Part shown: positions 23,104 to 35,309 of the stretch, in pieces
How the letters are laid out: each line of letters opens with the position of its first letter
How positions within the stretch are numbered: position 1 is the stretch's first letter
Assembly: GCA_973895155.1 (NCBI GenBank)
Contig: OZ316893.1
Location: 18,478,757-18,542,756, forward strand
Direction: 5' to 3'
Source of the DNA: Marsupella aquatica
Taxonomy: Eukaryota > Plantae > Marchantiophyta
DNA length: 64,000 bases
Notes under the pieces: generated by a model
Seen by the model: the letters and a program-made list of their open reading frames with translations, nothing else
Told to the model about the DNA's origin: nothing
Database searches by the model: none
Translations under genes and position numbers: made by a program

Positions 23104-26100
23104 CTATGTCCTCAAAGAAACTATGGACCTAGAGAGCCCTGAAAGATTTTCCAAACCTATTCTCCTTTCCCTATCCACCGCAAAGATATATCTTCCAAGT
23201 TGCTGAGGGGGCAGACCAAACAATGCATACAAATCTTTCACCAAGATTTGAGATGCCATCCTAACCCCCTCATAAAACTTGCAAGCAATGAATACATGAT
23301 ATTCATTCTCTATACTAGAGCTATCACATAGTTGACAAACCCTCTTTTTCCTGTCAATATCCTTCCATCTCCCTTGTTCTACTTCAAGGTGGTGTGAGCT
23401 TAGTCTATACTGAGCAATAAGTTGTCTAAGTTGTACTGAGATAGTGCTAGATAAGTATTCTTGTTCTCGATATTTCTTCATGGGGTTCACATCTCTCATG
23501 TAGTATTACTGCCGTGGGCTAGGTTCATGCCAAAGTTTGTGCAAAGCCTTTTGCTCAAGTTTTGCTCTTAGCTTGGTTGGGTGTGTTGGCCATTCATGTT
23601 CAGGAAAATCCCAAGCATGGGCCCACCTGCACACATCTGCATACCACCCTTTAGCTGAAGATGAGCGCAAGGCAGGAAAAGGAAATCTGTTTTCCTCCAA
23701 CTCTCTTACACGCATGATGTATTTGAGTGTGTGGAAGAGTGCCTCCACCTCCAAAGGAAACAAGCCTGCCTCTGCAAGTGTAAGTGTATATGGGGTTTGT
23801 GACTTGATCCCAAGCTCCATCTCAAGAAATAGCTTTTGCAGCCCCTCAATCTGTTGCCACCCAGATTTAGACACACCTGCTCCCCAAATTGGTGCTCCAT
23901 AAAGAATGACTGGTTTCACCAAAGCTCCAAAGAGATGTTTCCTTAACCTCCAAGTGTGTAGACCAGCTCTTTTGCATTTGTTCATGAATGCATAAAAAGC
24001 TCTGTACCCATTGGCAGCCCTAGATTTTACACATGAGGCCCAACTCAAGTTTTGAGAGAACTCCACCCCAAGGTATTTGTAGGTCCTCACAAATTCCACC
24101 AGATTCCCTTGGAAGTAGAGCTCTGGATTTTGTCGTGTGCCAATGCCCAAACACTTGGTCTTCTTGAGGTTGACTACCATCCCTGTTGCTTGACAAAACT
24201 CCTCCAAGGCATTGAGATGTCTTTGCAAAGCTTCTTGAGCATGAGCAAGTAGGACCACATCATCTGCAAATATAAGAAGTTGGAGGACAAACCTACCCAA
24301 TTGAGTGCCAACTCCACCATGCTCTTCCAAAATGTTGTGTAGCTGATCAATGAAGATGCCAAATAGAGTTGGTGAGAGAGGACAACCTTGGATCACCCCA
24401 AGAGTGCTCCAGATTTCTTCAGAGGTTTCCTTTGAAAGTTTGATGCGCACTTCTTGGTACAATTTAGAAACAGCCAACCTGAGATCTTCAGGCACTTCCA
24501 ACTCCACCATCCTATCCCAAAGCTTGGATCGGGAAACTTTGTCAAAGGCCTTGGAGAAATCCACAAACAAGCAAAATAATGGTTTATGTGGAGATTTGGC
24601 CTTTTCACACAACACCCTCAAGCAGAGAATGTGATCCATAGTGCTGAATTCTCTCCTAAAACCTGCTTGTGAAGGTGCCCTTTTCATCTCACTCTCCAAC
24701 CAAGAGCTTAATCTGGCTTCAAGTAGTCCTCCCAAAACTTTAGCAAAAGTATTGCCTACCATGATGGTTCTGTAGTTGTGCACATCGTCCTTGTTGCCTG
24801 CCTTGAAGATAGGCACCACTCTTCTGGTCATCCAAGCTTTAGGTAAACCTAAAGCCATTGCTTGATTCAGCTCATGCACCAAGTTTGTTAGTAAAGAGGG
24901 TCCTCCCCACAAAAGAAGCTCCAAGTTCAGGCCCAACAGATCCCATGTTGCATGTGGGAAAGATGCACCTTCACCTCCCTCTCTGTAAACTGAATGGTGT
25001 CCCCAAGGGGCAAAGGCATGCCACTAGCATCTGGAAAGAAATACAAGGATGTGACATAGGTTACCAGGTCCTGGTGATCCAAGGGGGGAGTAGTCTTGCC
25101 TGATTGCATTCTCTCCCAAAAACGTTTTGGATGTTTGATGAACTCCTCACATAGTGATTGTTGATGACTCTTCAAGAAGCACCTCTTCTTGTGTTTGATG
25201 AAGTTCTTGTACATAGTGAATGCCAAAAGTCTCTTTTCCCCTGAATGTGATCTTGCTTGCATCCTTGCTCTAGCACAATCCTCGTCAAACCAAGCCTTCA
25301 TGTTTTGCTTTCTAGGGGGTTTGGTGGAGAAAGTAGAGGCTGCTGCTTGTACTATGACTTCTGAGAGCTCAATCTGATCATCCAGGGTATGGAGAAGATG
25401 TTCAAAGTTGACTTTGAAGATGACTTCTCTATCAGGGTCTAGAAACAGAGGTTTGGGTACTGGCTTTCTATGCACTTTGTTTGGGATTGTGGTCAGGTCA
25501 AGATGGAACAACAAAGGCAAGTGTGAAGACTCTGGTTGTTGATCAAGTATTTGAAAGTCAACCACTCTAGTGGCAGAGGTAGGTGTGGCAAGAAGGTAAT
25601 CAATGGTACTACATCCTTGTTTAGATCTAAAAGTGTAACCAGATGATTGGGGAAATCTCTCAAGCCCATTCAATATTCTTAGATTACAAGAAGCTCCCAA
25701 ATGCAAAAAGCGACGTGTCATGTCATTTGTTCTGGTGTCAAGAGCCTCTCTCACCCAAGGTAGCTCTTCACTACATGATGACCAAGGTAAAGTTCCTAAG
25801 TCCTCACTTTCAGTAAATTGTTCATTAGATACCCTGGCATTAAAGTCCCCCACTATCCATGTCTCCCCTAGTGGTGATATATCATGAATGACTTGGATTA
25901 ACCTATGAAATGGATAATGTGCATCAGCAATTCCCATCTTATAGACATTCATATTAAGGGGAGCAAAGTAGGTGACAATCAGAAATGATGGAGTACCTCT
26001 GGTATGAAGTCTCACCACCATGAACTGCTTGCTGGGATCTTCATGCTCAATAGAGGTGATGTGTTGAAGTTGATTCTTGGTGTAGACAGCAATGCCTCCA

Positions 26101-26297
26101 AACCCTCTTCCCCGTGTGGTCTTCTTCTCATTGAAGATGGATTGTATGCAAGTAAAGCCTTTAATGCTAGGTAGAGCATTTCCCTCATATTCCCAAGTCT
26201 CCGTGAAAAGCAAGATGTCAAAATTCTCAAACAAAGGTTCCCCTCCAATTGCTGTTTCTATGGAAAGTCCTGAAACATTCCATGCCATGACTCTCAA
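23104..26297 (-). pseudogene. LINE ORF2 (AP endonuclease, reverse transcriptase, C-terminal Cys/His motif)
   Basis: WNVSGL, TETW, GDFNAR, TIDY, SSHLP, NYRTI, QAGFR, VDFSKAFD, GVIQGCPLSP, FADD, YKYLG. Disabled by a ~10-nt deletion near 24941 and a TAA at 23506. Confidence 0.93.
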
Positions 26298-26309
26298 GGT
26301 CCCGATCCA

Positions 26310-27080
26310 TCATTTAGAAACAACTCTCTTCTTATTGGTAACAACAGTTTGTCCATTGTGCAAGTAGGCTACCAATCCTTGGTCTTTGGCTACCCTCACC
26401 TTCTCAAGCTCAATTTTCCTTGCTTGGACTTGTGTGGGAGTCAGATCATCATCCAACCAAATCCTTAGCCCTTTAAGCATGCTCCTGTTAGCCATCACTC
26501 TAGCTTTCTCGGATTCAGCTGCAAACTTCACCAAGATTGGACGTGGAAGGTCCCCCTTCTTTTGCCCAATCCTATATGCTTGCAAAATGATAGGGTCATG
26601 CACTTTCATCTGAGATTGGAATTATGAAATTGCTACCTTCTTGGTGTCTTCCTTCTCCTCCTCAACAAGGCCTGATATTTTGCAGTTGCTGACTCTTGCA
26701 TGCTGGTTCTTGTGTTCTTCCTCTAGTGCTCTCCTCTCCTCCTCCTTGGCTTGGACAAATTCCATATGTGATTGTTTTGCAGCCTGTGCAAAGGTTTTGA
26801 GCTTTTCCTCAATCTCCCCTACAGCCTCATGTATCACTGATTTCTCTGGGCACATACTCTTCTCCATGTCTCCAAAACACGATGCAAGCAATGAGAGTTG
26901 CTTACCATTCTCCTGAGTTTGAGATCGAAGATCACTAATCAACCTCTTTTGCTTGACATTCTCATTCTTTAGCTCCGTCACCTCCTTGCTGAGTGTGGTA
27001 ATCTCAATTGCGGAGTTTTCAACCACAACTAAGATTTTCTCAAGCAAAGCCTTGAGATGGGCAATCTCCTTCGTTGCCAT
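26310..27080 (-). pseudogene. LINE ORF1 (coiled coil + RIG..PRPILVKF..IWLDDDLT domain)
   Basis: Typical ORF1 motifs. One premature TAA at 26622, where the 63-kb copy reads TTC. Confidence 0.88.
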
Positions 27081-27146
27081 CACAAAGCTGAAACTGTTGT
27101 TAGAATGTACTCTTAGACGACAAATAGAAATTGGGAGCAGTAGAGG

Positions 27147-28190
27147 ATGTCAGTTGCAGCTCTACCTTTGCCAGTGATACACTCTCGCTGTTTGCAACAC
27201 TCTGGCAAAGTCTGAGCTCAAACCGCAGCCGATTGCCCTTCCAACTCGAAGTGAAATTTCGCCCCAAGCTCAGAATCCCAAAACTAGACACGTAGCAGAT
27301 CGTGCATGCTAAAGTGCATACCAAACGATGTCGGTTGCAGCTCTAACTTTGCCAGTGATACATTCTCGCTGTTTCCAATGCTCTGGCAAAGTCTGAGCTT
27401 AAACCGCAGCCAATTTCCCTTCCAACTCGAAGTGAAATTTCGCCCCAAGCTTAGAATTGCGAAACTGGAGACGTAACAGATCGTGCATGCTAAAGTGCAT
27501 ACCAAACGATGTCGGTTGCAGCTCTAACTTTGCCAGTGATACATTCTCGCTGTTTCCAATGCTCTGGCAAAGTCTGAGGTTAAACCGCAGCCGATTTCCC
27601 TTCCAACTCGAAGTGAAATTTCGCCCCAAGCTCAGAATTGCGAAACTGGAGACGTAACAGATCGTGCATGCTAAAGTGCATATCAAACGATGTCGGTTGT
27701 AGCTCTAACTTTGCCAGTGATACATTCTTGCTGTTTCCAATGCTCTGGCAAAATCTGAGCTCAAACCGCAGCCGATTGCCCTTCCAACTCGAAATGAAAT
27801 TTTGCCCTGAGCTCAGAATCGCGAAACTAGAGACGTAGCAGATCGCGCATGCTAAAGTGCATACCAAACGATGTCGGTTGCAGCTCTAACTTTGCCAGTG
27901 ATACATTCTTGCTGTTTCCAATGCTCTAGCAAAATCTGAGCTTAAACCGCAGCCGATTGCCCTTCCAACTCGAAGTGAAATTTTTCCCCAAGCTCAGAAT
28001 CGCGAAACTGGAGACGTAGCAGATCGCGCATGCTAAAGTGCATACCAAACGATGTCGGTTGCAGCTCTAACTTTGCCAGTGATACATTCTTGCTGTTTTC
28101 AATGCTCTGGAAAAATCTGAGCTTAAACCGCAGCCGATTGCCCTTCCAACTCGAAGTGAAATTTTGCCCCGAGCTCTTAATCGCGAAACT
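27147..28190 (-). repeat. 181-bp tandem monomers (~5.8 copies) forming the LINE 5' UTR
   Basis: Equivalent positions at 27324, 27505, 27686, 27867 and 28048; CpG-containing. Confidence 0.92.
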
Positions 28191-28239
28191 CGCGAATGTG
28201 GAGGGCGTACTGCTGAAACTCTAGCCGCTCTGCAATCTT

Positions 28240-28313
28240 TGGTAATGGTAATGGTAATGTATTATAAGCTCCGGGACCATGAAAGTCAAAGGAGCTGCCA
28301 CAAAAAGTAAAGT
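28240..28313 (-). mobile_element. RTEX family A micro-insertion (tail + 3' hairpin only)
   Basis: ~74 bp matching the extreme 3' end of family A. Confidence 0.9.
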
Positions 28314-28853
28314 AAAGTATGTCCTCATCAGGAAGCCGTTGTCCACTGAACCCTTGGTCGGGAAGCTAGATGATTGGTACTTTGCTCCTTTGCCCCCTGG
28401 GGCTTGTGATTCCACCCAGTTTGGTCCCTCGGGTAGGCCAAAGATGAGTTTAAGTCGCTCCTCATTTAGGGACATTACCCGCCCATGCGCGCGGGTTTGT
28501 TGGCGGGCCTCATCAAAGTTCTGGATGAACTCTATCATATCTTGCCCGTAGTACCTGCAAGTGTTCCAAGGGAGGGCGGCAAGGTGTTTGAACCCTTGGG
28601 TCTTCAGGTAAGCCGCATGCTTTGGGTGGAGGATGTTCTTGTGGACATTCTCCCCCATGCGATGCATGCTCAACTTGGCCACTACGATGGTGGCCACAGG
28701 TAAGCTGGATATTGCAGCCGGCTCCTTCCTCTTCCTTCCTCAAGATTGGTTCCCGGGATGGCTCGTAGAAGGGGACATCTTCCCATCTTCCCTATCCGGC
28801 AGGGGGTAGTGCTACTGCCGTTAGAACGGGTGCCGGCGCTACAACCATCATCG

Positions 28854-31834
28854 TGTTGTCCACCAAGGCTGCGTCTCGGGTTTGGGAAGCATCTATGGTT
28901 GTGAAGAGAAAGAAACAAACAGAGTTAAAGTTGAAGGATAAAAAGACAAAAGAGGAATAAAACAAGTGAAAGTTGAAGCTTAGGCTTAAGGGATATGAGA
29001 CATTTAATGTGGAAGTGACATGTGGTGGCCTGGGGGGGATTCGAATTCATAAGGTCATGTTGAAGATGGCAGTTAGAAGCGTGGAGGACGTTAGAAGGAT
29101 TCACAGAAAGGAGTTGACGGGAACAGATCAAAGAGGACTTCAGGATCGTGGAGGATATGGTGAAGAGGAGTTTTTGAGCAAGAAGGAAGGGAACAGAAGG
29201 AATGATCGCGAGGAGTTTTGAATGAACGAGGGGACGATCGGGCGAGGATAAGCAATTGGAGTGAACCAAGTGAAGAAGGGAATAAGGATGACGGGGAGAG
29301 AGAGTTCATAGAAAGTTGATGTCGAGAGAGAGAGGTGTGCGCTCGGGAGTTCAGAGGAAAAGGGGGAGATGAATTCGACCAAGTAGTGGACAGGGATTAA
29401 AAAACTTCATGGAGAAATGCTGATGCGCGCAATCTGAATTCAGAGCTTTCGAGTAAAGGGGACTTCAGGATCGAAGAGGAATGGAAGACAGCCGGTTGTG
29501 AGCAGGGGGTTGTGGTTGCTGTTAATCTCGTCTTTGGATGAACAGGGCGATGTGGCTTCAGGTGATAGGGAATGGAGGCAGTCGATAAGTGTTCAGGTGA
29601 AGAAGGGGATAGGGAGGATGGGAGAAAGAGGGCACAAAAAGTTGATGTCAAGAGAGAGAACGCTATGGAGAGCTCGTAAGGGAGAAAGGAGAAGACAGCA
29701 GAAGACTCGAACCAGTAGTAAGAAAAGTTGAAAGGAGGTTGAGGCGCACTTGAAAGCTTGAGGAAAAGGGAGAGATGCAGCGGAGGTGTGGATGATAATT
29801 TGGAGTTCTTGGAAAAAAAAAAACAGCGAAGCTTAGGAGAAGAGTTCGCGTGGTGCAGAGGAACGAAGCTGGTTGCGTTAGGGAATCCAGAGAAGAACGA
29901 TGGCCGGCTGAAAGAGGTTGAATGATATAGCAGAATTGAATTTTTTCTGCCCGTTTTCTAATGGAAGCTGATGGTCGATAGTATTTTGGTTGAGAGGAGA
30001 GGGAAGCGCTTGAAGGTGGACAGTAAAATCAATAGGGAGTGGCATACTGGTGACTTGAAGCGACGCGGATATGGGGAGAAATTCACGGGCGGAAATTGGG
30101 GAAAGAGAAATGAGGAAAGGCATAGACGTGATGAAGGTCGAACAGAATGGAGTAAGGAAGCTCAAACAAAAAGAAGAGAGAAAAGAGTGACATTCCATCG
30201 ATTCTTACGAGTTGCAGAAAAAGAAGCCAAAAGACAAAAACAAATGTAAATAAAAGTTCATAACGACATTATTGAGAGGAGATCTGTGATAGAAACCGGT
30301 ACTGAGGAACAAGCAAAAGTGAAAGAGACTTAGCGAGAGCTTCAATGAACGACCAAAGAAGGGACAGAATTCAGGCAAAAGAAAACGATGAAGTTTGCAG
30401 GATGGATAACGAAAACGGCCTTGATTGCTACCATCTGAATCAGAATTAAAAGCTGAAGAGAAACCTTAATTTCACGAGATCCTGTAGAAAGAGTTGTTCT
30501 GAGTCTGAAAGAAGTAACCGAGACGACGGAAAGCTACATGCGTAAAAGAGGTTTGCGTGATCTCTTGACTGAAGAAAATGATGGCGAAGTCCATGTGATG
30601 AAAAGCAAGTGAAAAGAGGAGCCTTGAATGCTGCCGAAGGAGTGATAGACTGTAAAAGTGAAAAATGCAAATAAATAGAGGAACTCTGCTGCTAGCAAAG
30701 ACATGGGTGAGGAGGCTAAGCTTGATTTGGTTTGAGAGAAGTGGTTGTACCCGGGAAAGCAGTTTTGGGGACAGTCCATGGAAGTACATGTTTGAGATAG
30801 AAATGGGCTGAAGTTCTAAAGAAATCGGGGAAACCTTTCTAAAGGAAACTGTGAAGGTTTGTTCAGGGAAGAAAGAAGTGAGAAATGGAGGCCTGAAGCA
30901 ATGGATTAAATTTAATTGTCATGGACCAAGAAGAAGGAGTGATTTTCCATGAGATTAACTAAGAAGTTTCAGCTGGAAGTGTGGATTACTTGTAAATCTT
31001 TGCATCTGATGTTGTGGAATTTTAAAGAGGATTGTAAGTTAATTGAGTTGCATTCATTTAGTGAGTGGAATCCGGTGATAGAAACCATTTTTAGATTAGG
31101 GACATTTGCTGCCATGGGGTTTGAGGTTACTGGCCGTAGGTTCTTTTTGTTGTGGGACCAGAAGCTTGAGGAGAGGAGGAAGAAGGGTCAAGAGGAAGAG
31201 TGCAAGAAGAACGAGGACATGAAGGAGGCTCGCCGGAGGCTGAAGTTGTGTTCAAAATGCTTGGGGGAAACCATTGATGAGCTTGAGCCCGCGACCTGAC
31301 CTGTTGACCTGAACTGAGTTTAGTATGGAGACCTGAGTTAGGAGATGAGCAACCGAATAAAGTCAAAGTCAAAGTCAAATTCTAAGCTCCATGACGACCC
31401 AATGAGTCAAGGGAGCTGTGACAAAAAAGCCAAATACAAAGCAAAGAAATGAGTCAAATGCTCATGTGAGGATCTCTACATCCTCACTAATAACAAACTA
31501 AGGACTTTGTAAACCCGAACCAAAACTTTTTTTTTTAGAATAAATAAAATAAATGATGAGTTTGGACTATTTTGTTGTGATGGAAATGACGAGATGTTAT
31601 TGTGGTGAAAATGCTTAGTTGTTGTGGAGATGAAAATGATGCGTTGAATTTAGTTGGAAGTGATAGCTTAGCATTTTAAATAAGAATAACTTAGTGTAAT
31701 TTGATATTTAAAATGAAAACTGAGTAGGTTTAAGAAAGATTGAAGCAACCTATGAAAATACAATGTTATGACCAAGTCCCTAAAATCATAAGAAGTTCAC
31801 TTTTACACCGCTTTAAACTGGTCCCTGGATAACA
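28854..31834 (+). mobile_element. ~3-kb LTR-like unit (family C, probably Tat/Ogre Gypsy)
   Basis: TGTTGTCC...GGATAACA termini, purine-rich body. The 3' ~0.9 kb is homologous to ~43900-44697 and 59146-63795. Flanks do not form a TSD. Confidence 0.65.
31359..31505 (-). mobile_element. RTEX family B 3' fragment, (TTTGAC)n tail
   Basis: Matches 38725 onward; absent from the other family C LTR copies. Confidence 0.88.
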
Positions 31835-32463
31835 GTATTGTATCCTTGCAAGTCTACCAATAGCTAGTTTGGCATCCATGAAGTCCATTAGTGGCTGCGT
31901 GGAGATAACAAATAGGTGCAGCAACAGCGGATAGCCCTGTCTGACTCCCTGTTGAAGTCCTATCTCAGTTGATAACATTCTATTCAGATATATCCTTGAC
32001 GTTGCATTCTTAAGCAATGCATGTACCAATTTGCTGCTTATTCCTAATTAACAGATGCATTGTCTCCCAGATGTAGTCTTGGTCCACTCTGTCAAATGCC
32101 TTCTCAAAATCAAGCTTTAGAAAGAGTGCCTTGTTCTTCCTTTTTTCAGCCAATCAAAAGTTAAGTAGGCTAATTGTGGTGTGTCCCATGGCTCCCTAAA
32201 CCCAAGAAACCCCCCTACACAAGCCGGTTCCCGCAGGTTTCGCTCTCGGCGAGGCCGGTTCCGCGGCTTAGCGGCATGGGAAGCTGCTATCTCTCTTCTA
32301 CTAACATTTTACACACATATACTGGACAGATCCTTCATCGGGTCATGAGATACGTAGCCGGCCTATTCTATGCCTTCCCTTGTATTCCTCTTCTTATCTT
32401 CTTTAGGTATGTTTGGATTCCGCCACCGGAATGATCCCCAACTGGCTTGGGTTAGCCGCTAAG

Positions 32464-32563
32464 AGTCAAAGTCAAAGTCAAATTCTAAGCTCCATGATGA
32501 CCCAGTGAGTCCAGGGAGCTGTGGCAAAAAAGCCAAATACAAAGCAAAGAAATGAGTCAAATG
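32464..32563 (-). mobile_element. RTEX family B 3' fragment
   Basis: (TTTGAC)n tail + 3' hairpin. Confidence 0.85.
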
Positions 32564-32985
32564 TTCTCTTAGCTCGACACATCCAACTCTTACTACCTTG
32601 TTTACTTCCTTCTCTCTTGGCTGATGTGGGCAATCTTCAAACAAGTTAATGCGACACACAAATAGCAAAATGACTCCTTCTGACTAAGTTATACTATGCA
32701 CTTGCCATACAAACAGTACTTTTCATACACAAGATCTACGAACTAAATCGTGAAGCCAACTCTATTAAGCTCTTAGGCATGAGAAAACATGAATATACTC
32801 TTGGGTCACTGTATAACTAACCGAGAGTTTCTTCTACTACTTGATCCCAGCCCTGCTGGTGCACTAAAAACTTGCTAAAGAAGAAAGCCCTCAGCTCCCC
32901 GCTGCCCAGGTACTTATCCTGGTAGTGGATCCGCCTAATTCTTTGCAGCGTAAGCCTAATCTATCCTAACTGTAATCTACCTATG

Positions 32986-33458
32986 TGGTAATGGTAATGG
33001 TAATGTATTATAAGCTCCGGGACCATGAAAGTCAAAGGAGCTGCCACAAAAAGTAAAGTACAATGCAATCAAAGAAAAGAGCAACCAAAAGAGATTGCTC
33101 AGAAGAGGACAACTATGTCCTCAAAGAAACTATGGACCTAGAGAGCCCTATGGACCTAGAGAGCCTTGAAAGATTTTCCAAACCTATTCTCCTTTCCCTA
33201 TCCACCGCAAAGATATATCTTCCAAGTTGCTGAGGGGGCAGACCAAACAATGCATACAAATCTTTCACCAAGATTTGAGATGCCATCCTAACCCCCTCAT
33301 AAAACTTGCAAGCAATGAATACATGATATTCATTCTCTATACTAGAGCTATCACATAGTTGACAAACCCTCTTTTTCCTGTCAATATCCTTCCATCTCCC
33401 TTGTTCTACTTCAAGGTGGTGTGAGCTTAGTCTATACTGAGCAATAAGTTGTCTAAGT
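32986..33458 (-). mobile_element. RTEX family A 3' fragment (18-nt duplication variant)
   Basis: Tail, 3' UTR and ORF2 C-terminus. Confidence 0.92.
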
Positions 33459-33798
33459 ACAACGAGACAGGAGCACAAGTGTTGCTCTTACCAGCGGATC
33501 CGCAATCCCACTAATCTAAGTGTCAGGGCCACCTCCTGGTCCTGATCCTAATTCTAAACTTGGAGATTTGAGCCCGCCCTGCCCATTCACGCCTCCTCCT
33601 TCCATGTCCACCTTCCTTAAAAGGGACGGCGCCCTTACACCGTCATGACACCGGTGGCTGGTCCTCAATGGACGCCCCCAATCCTTCCTTGGTGGTCAAT
33701 GTGGGCCTCTCGTTCTCTGACAGGTTACCCCCTCCTGACCTGGTCAACCCATTCTCGTGTCCGGGCCCCACCACTACTTCAGCCTCGGCTTCCTCGGC

Positions 33799-34245
33799 TT
33801 ATGCTTTCCCGGCTTCCACCACCCCGGATTCTATTTGTGGGGGTCCCACCCCTGCGGCTTCTGTTCTCTCCTTCCCGGCATCGGCTACCTTGCCGTAGTG
33901 GTCCTCCTCATAGGCTTGTTCTATGAGTCGGGTTGTCTTGTTCTCCCAAGGTTGCGGTTGATGCCGATCAATGGTTGGCAACCTTGGGTCGGTGCCTGTC
34001 ATGGCCTCCCCCAACTGGTCTTCTTGGCCTACCTCTCGGACTGCTTCCTTGACGGCCACAACCTTGCATAAGGCTGGTGCCATGCTCTCTACCTCAGCCA
34101 TAGTGGCTTGGCGAACAGTGTGGCTCCCTGACCCAGAAGGCTTCTGCTTTTTGTCCTTCCCCACCCAAACACCTGGTGCCTTCCCCTTGCCGCTTTCTTC
34201 CGGCAAGGGTGAGGGTACCACGGCTTGTCGCTCAGTTAGTACCAC
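33799..34245 (-). CDS. Low-complexity ORF downstream of the coiled-coil ORF
   Basis: 148-codon open frame with a non-ATG start, in tandem with 34266-36620. Confidence 0.3.
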   Translation of the reverse strand: MVLTERQAVVPSPLPEESGKGKAPGVWVGKDKKQKPSGSGSHTVRQATMAEVESMAPALCKVVAVKEAVREVGQEDQLGEAMTGTDPRLPTIDRHQPQPWENKTTRLIEQAYEEDHYGKVADAGKERTEAAGVGPPQIESGVVEAGKA

Positions 34246-34265
34246 GCCCTGAGACCCTGTTGCCG

Positions 34266-35300
34266 CTACCGGGGTCCACTTGTTGCGGCCAGCCGATTTA
34301 GCTCCTCGGACTGCTTCTTCAACCGCTCAGTTGGGTTGTCCGCCTGCCTCTGCAGATTCTCTATCTTCTGGTTGGCTTCCTCCAGGTCCACTAGGGCTTT
34401 GTCTAAATCCCCACGGGCTTGCTCCAACTCTGCTAGGTTGTCGTCCAACTCCTTCCGTAAGGCCGCCCTCTCCTCCTGGGTTGCCTTTAGGTATGCGTTG
34501 AGCTCATGGACAACATCAAACTCGATTTCATTCATTTTGTCGTAGGTTTGATCGAGCTTGTCATCCTTCTTCCGCAGTTTGGCTTGAAAGTTGGCAGACA
34601 GGTCCTCCAGGTCTCCCTTCAACTTGTCGATGCCCCTGTAGGTCTCATCAAGTTTGGCTTGTTTTTGATGAAGGGCCTTGCGACATTCTTTGATCTCATC
34701 CTTCAGTGCTCGCTCCTTCCTATGGGCCTCGGTCATGGCTCTGTTGCAGGCCATTATGTGAGCTGCTTCTGCCTTCTTCAGTTCCTGCTTCCACTTCTCC
34801 TTCTCCTTGAGGGCTCCAGCCAAGTCTTCTTGAGTCTGGGCTAGTTGCCCTTGCATGATACTTATTTCATGCTTCCTAACTCGTAGCTCGTCCTGGGCCT
34901 GCTTGGCCACCCTTAACTCTCTGGCGTTGGCTTCCACCCTTAGCCGTCGGATGACTTCCTCCTTCTTCATCCTCTCCAAGGCTAGTGCATCCATTAACCG
35001 GCTTTTCTCCAACATCTCCCTATGGACGAAAGGCCCTGTCTCCAATTCTGCCCCAAAGATATCAAGGGCGAGTAGCCCGCACATCCTCCCATACTCCAGG
35101 GCTCTGGAATGCGCATAGGTGGAGTGGTTAGGAGATGTCGGCATCTCCCAACGTGGCCTTACCATCCAAGCCACCCTTCTTATCTCCTCAACCGTGGGCA
35201 AGGGCACGGCTTGAACCCTTGCCAGTTGCTGAATGTTCTCCGGCCATCCACCGCCTGGCAAGTCCTTCTCCTTGACCAGGGTTGCTTCCTCCAGGTCCAT
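34266..35300 (-). CDS. Coiled-coil protein region (344 aa), in frame with 35310-36620
   Basis: Long E/K/L/A heptad-rich segment; separated from the upstream ORF only by TAG-CAG-CGA-TTC. Confidence 0.7.
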   Translation of the reverse strand: MDLEEATLVKEKDLPGGGWPENIQQLARVQAVPLPTVEEIRRVAWMVRPRWEMPTSPNHSTYAHSRALEYGRMCGLLALDIFGAELETGPFVHREMLEKSRLMDALALERMKKEEVIRRLRVEANARELRVAKQAQDELRVRKHEISIMQGQLAQTQEDLAGALKEKEKWKQELKKAEAAHIMACNRAMTEAHRKERALKDEIKECRKALHQKQAKLDETYRGIDKLKGDLEDLSANFQAKLRKKDDKLDQTYDKMNEIEFDVVHELNAYLKATQEERAALRKELDDNLAELEQARGDLDKALVDLEEANQKIENLQRQADNPTERLKKQSEELNRLAATSGPR

Positions 35301-35309
35301 GAATCGCTG

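Larger units (their letters stand above)
22977..28200 (-). mobile_element. Full-length RTEX-type LINE family A (~5.2 kb)
   Basis: 5' monomer array, ORF1, ORF2 (APE-RT-zinc knuckle), 3' UTR and (TTACCA)3 tail. The flanks rejoin into one host ORF. Confidence 0.93.
22785..28697 (-). pseudogene. Gypsy-associated accessory ORF (homolog of 35310-36620), split by two LINE insertions
   Basis: Pieces 28697-28314, ~28239-28201 and 22976-22785 rejoin as ...EFIQNFD..TRAHGR..IFGLPEG..NGFLMRTY/PKIAERLEFQQYALHDGATGLKISAAQV. This aligns with EFVGSWD..TKIYGR..VFGLPKG..NGFLRSTC..EIGKAQV. Confidence 0.7.

Noticed and set aside
27100-28224. Repeated 70-95 aa ORFs
   Set aside because: By-product of the 181-bp monomers; the period is not a multiple of 3.
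30949-31299. 116-aa ORF within the family C LTR
   Set aside because: Homologous segments at ~44000 and ~59200 have frame-breaking indels and stops.
28854-31834. Clean solo LTR with TSD
   Set aside because: The flanks CATCG and GTATT differ and belong to different host elements, so it is kept only as an LTR-like unit.
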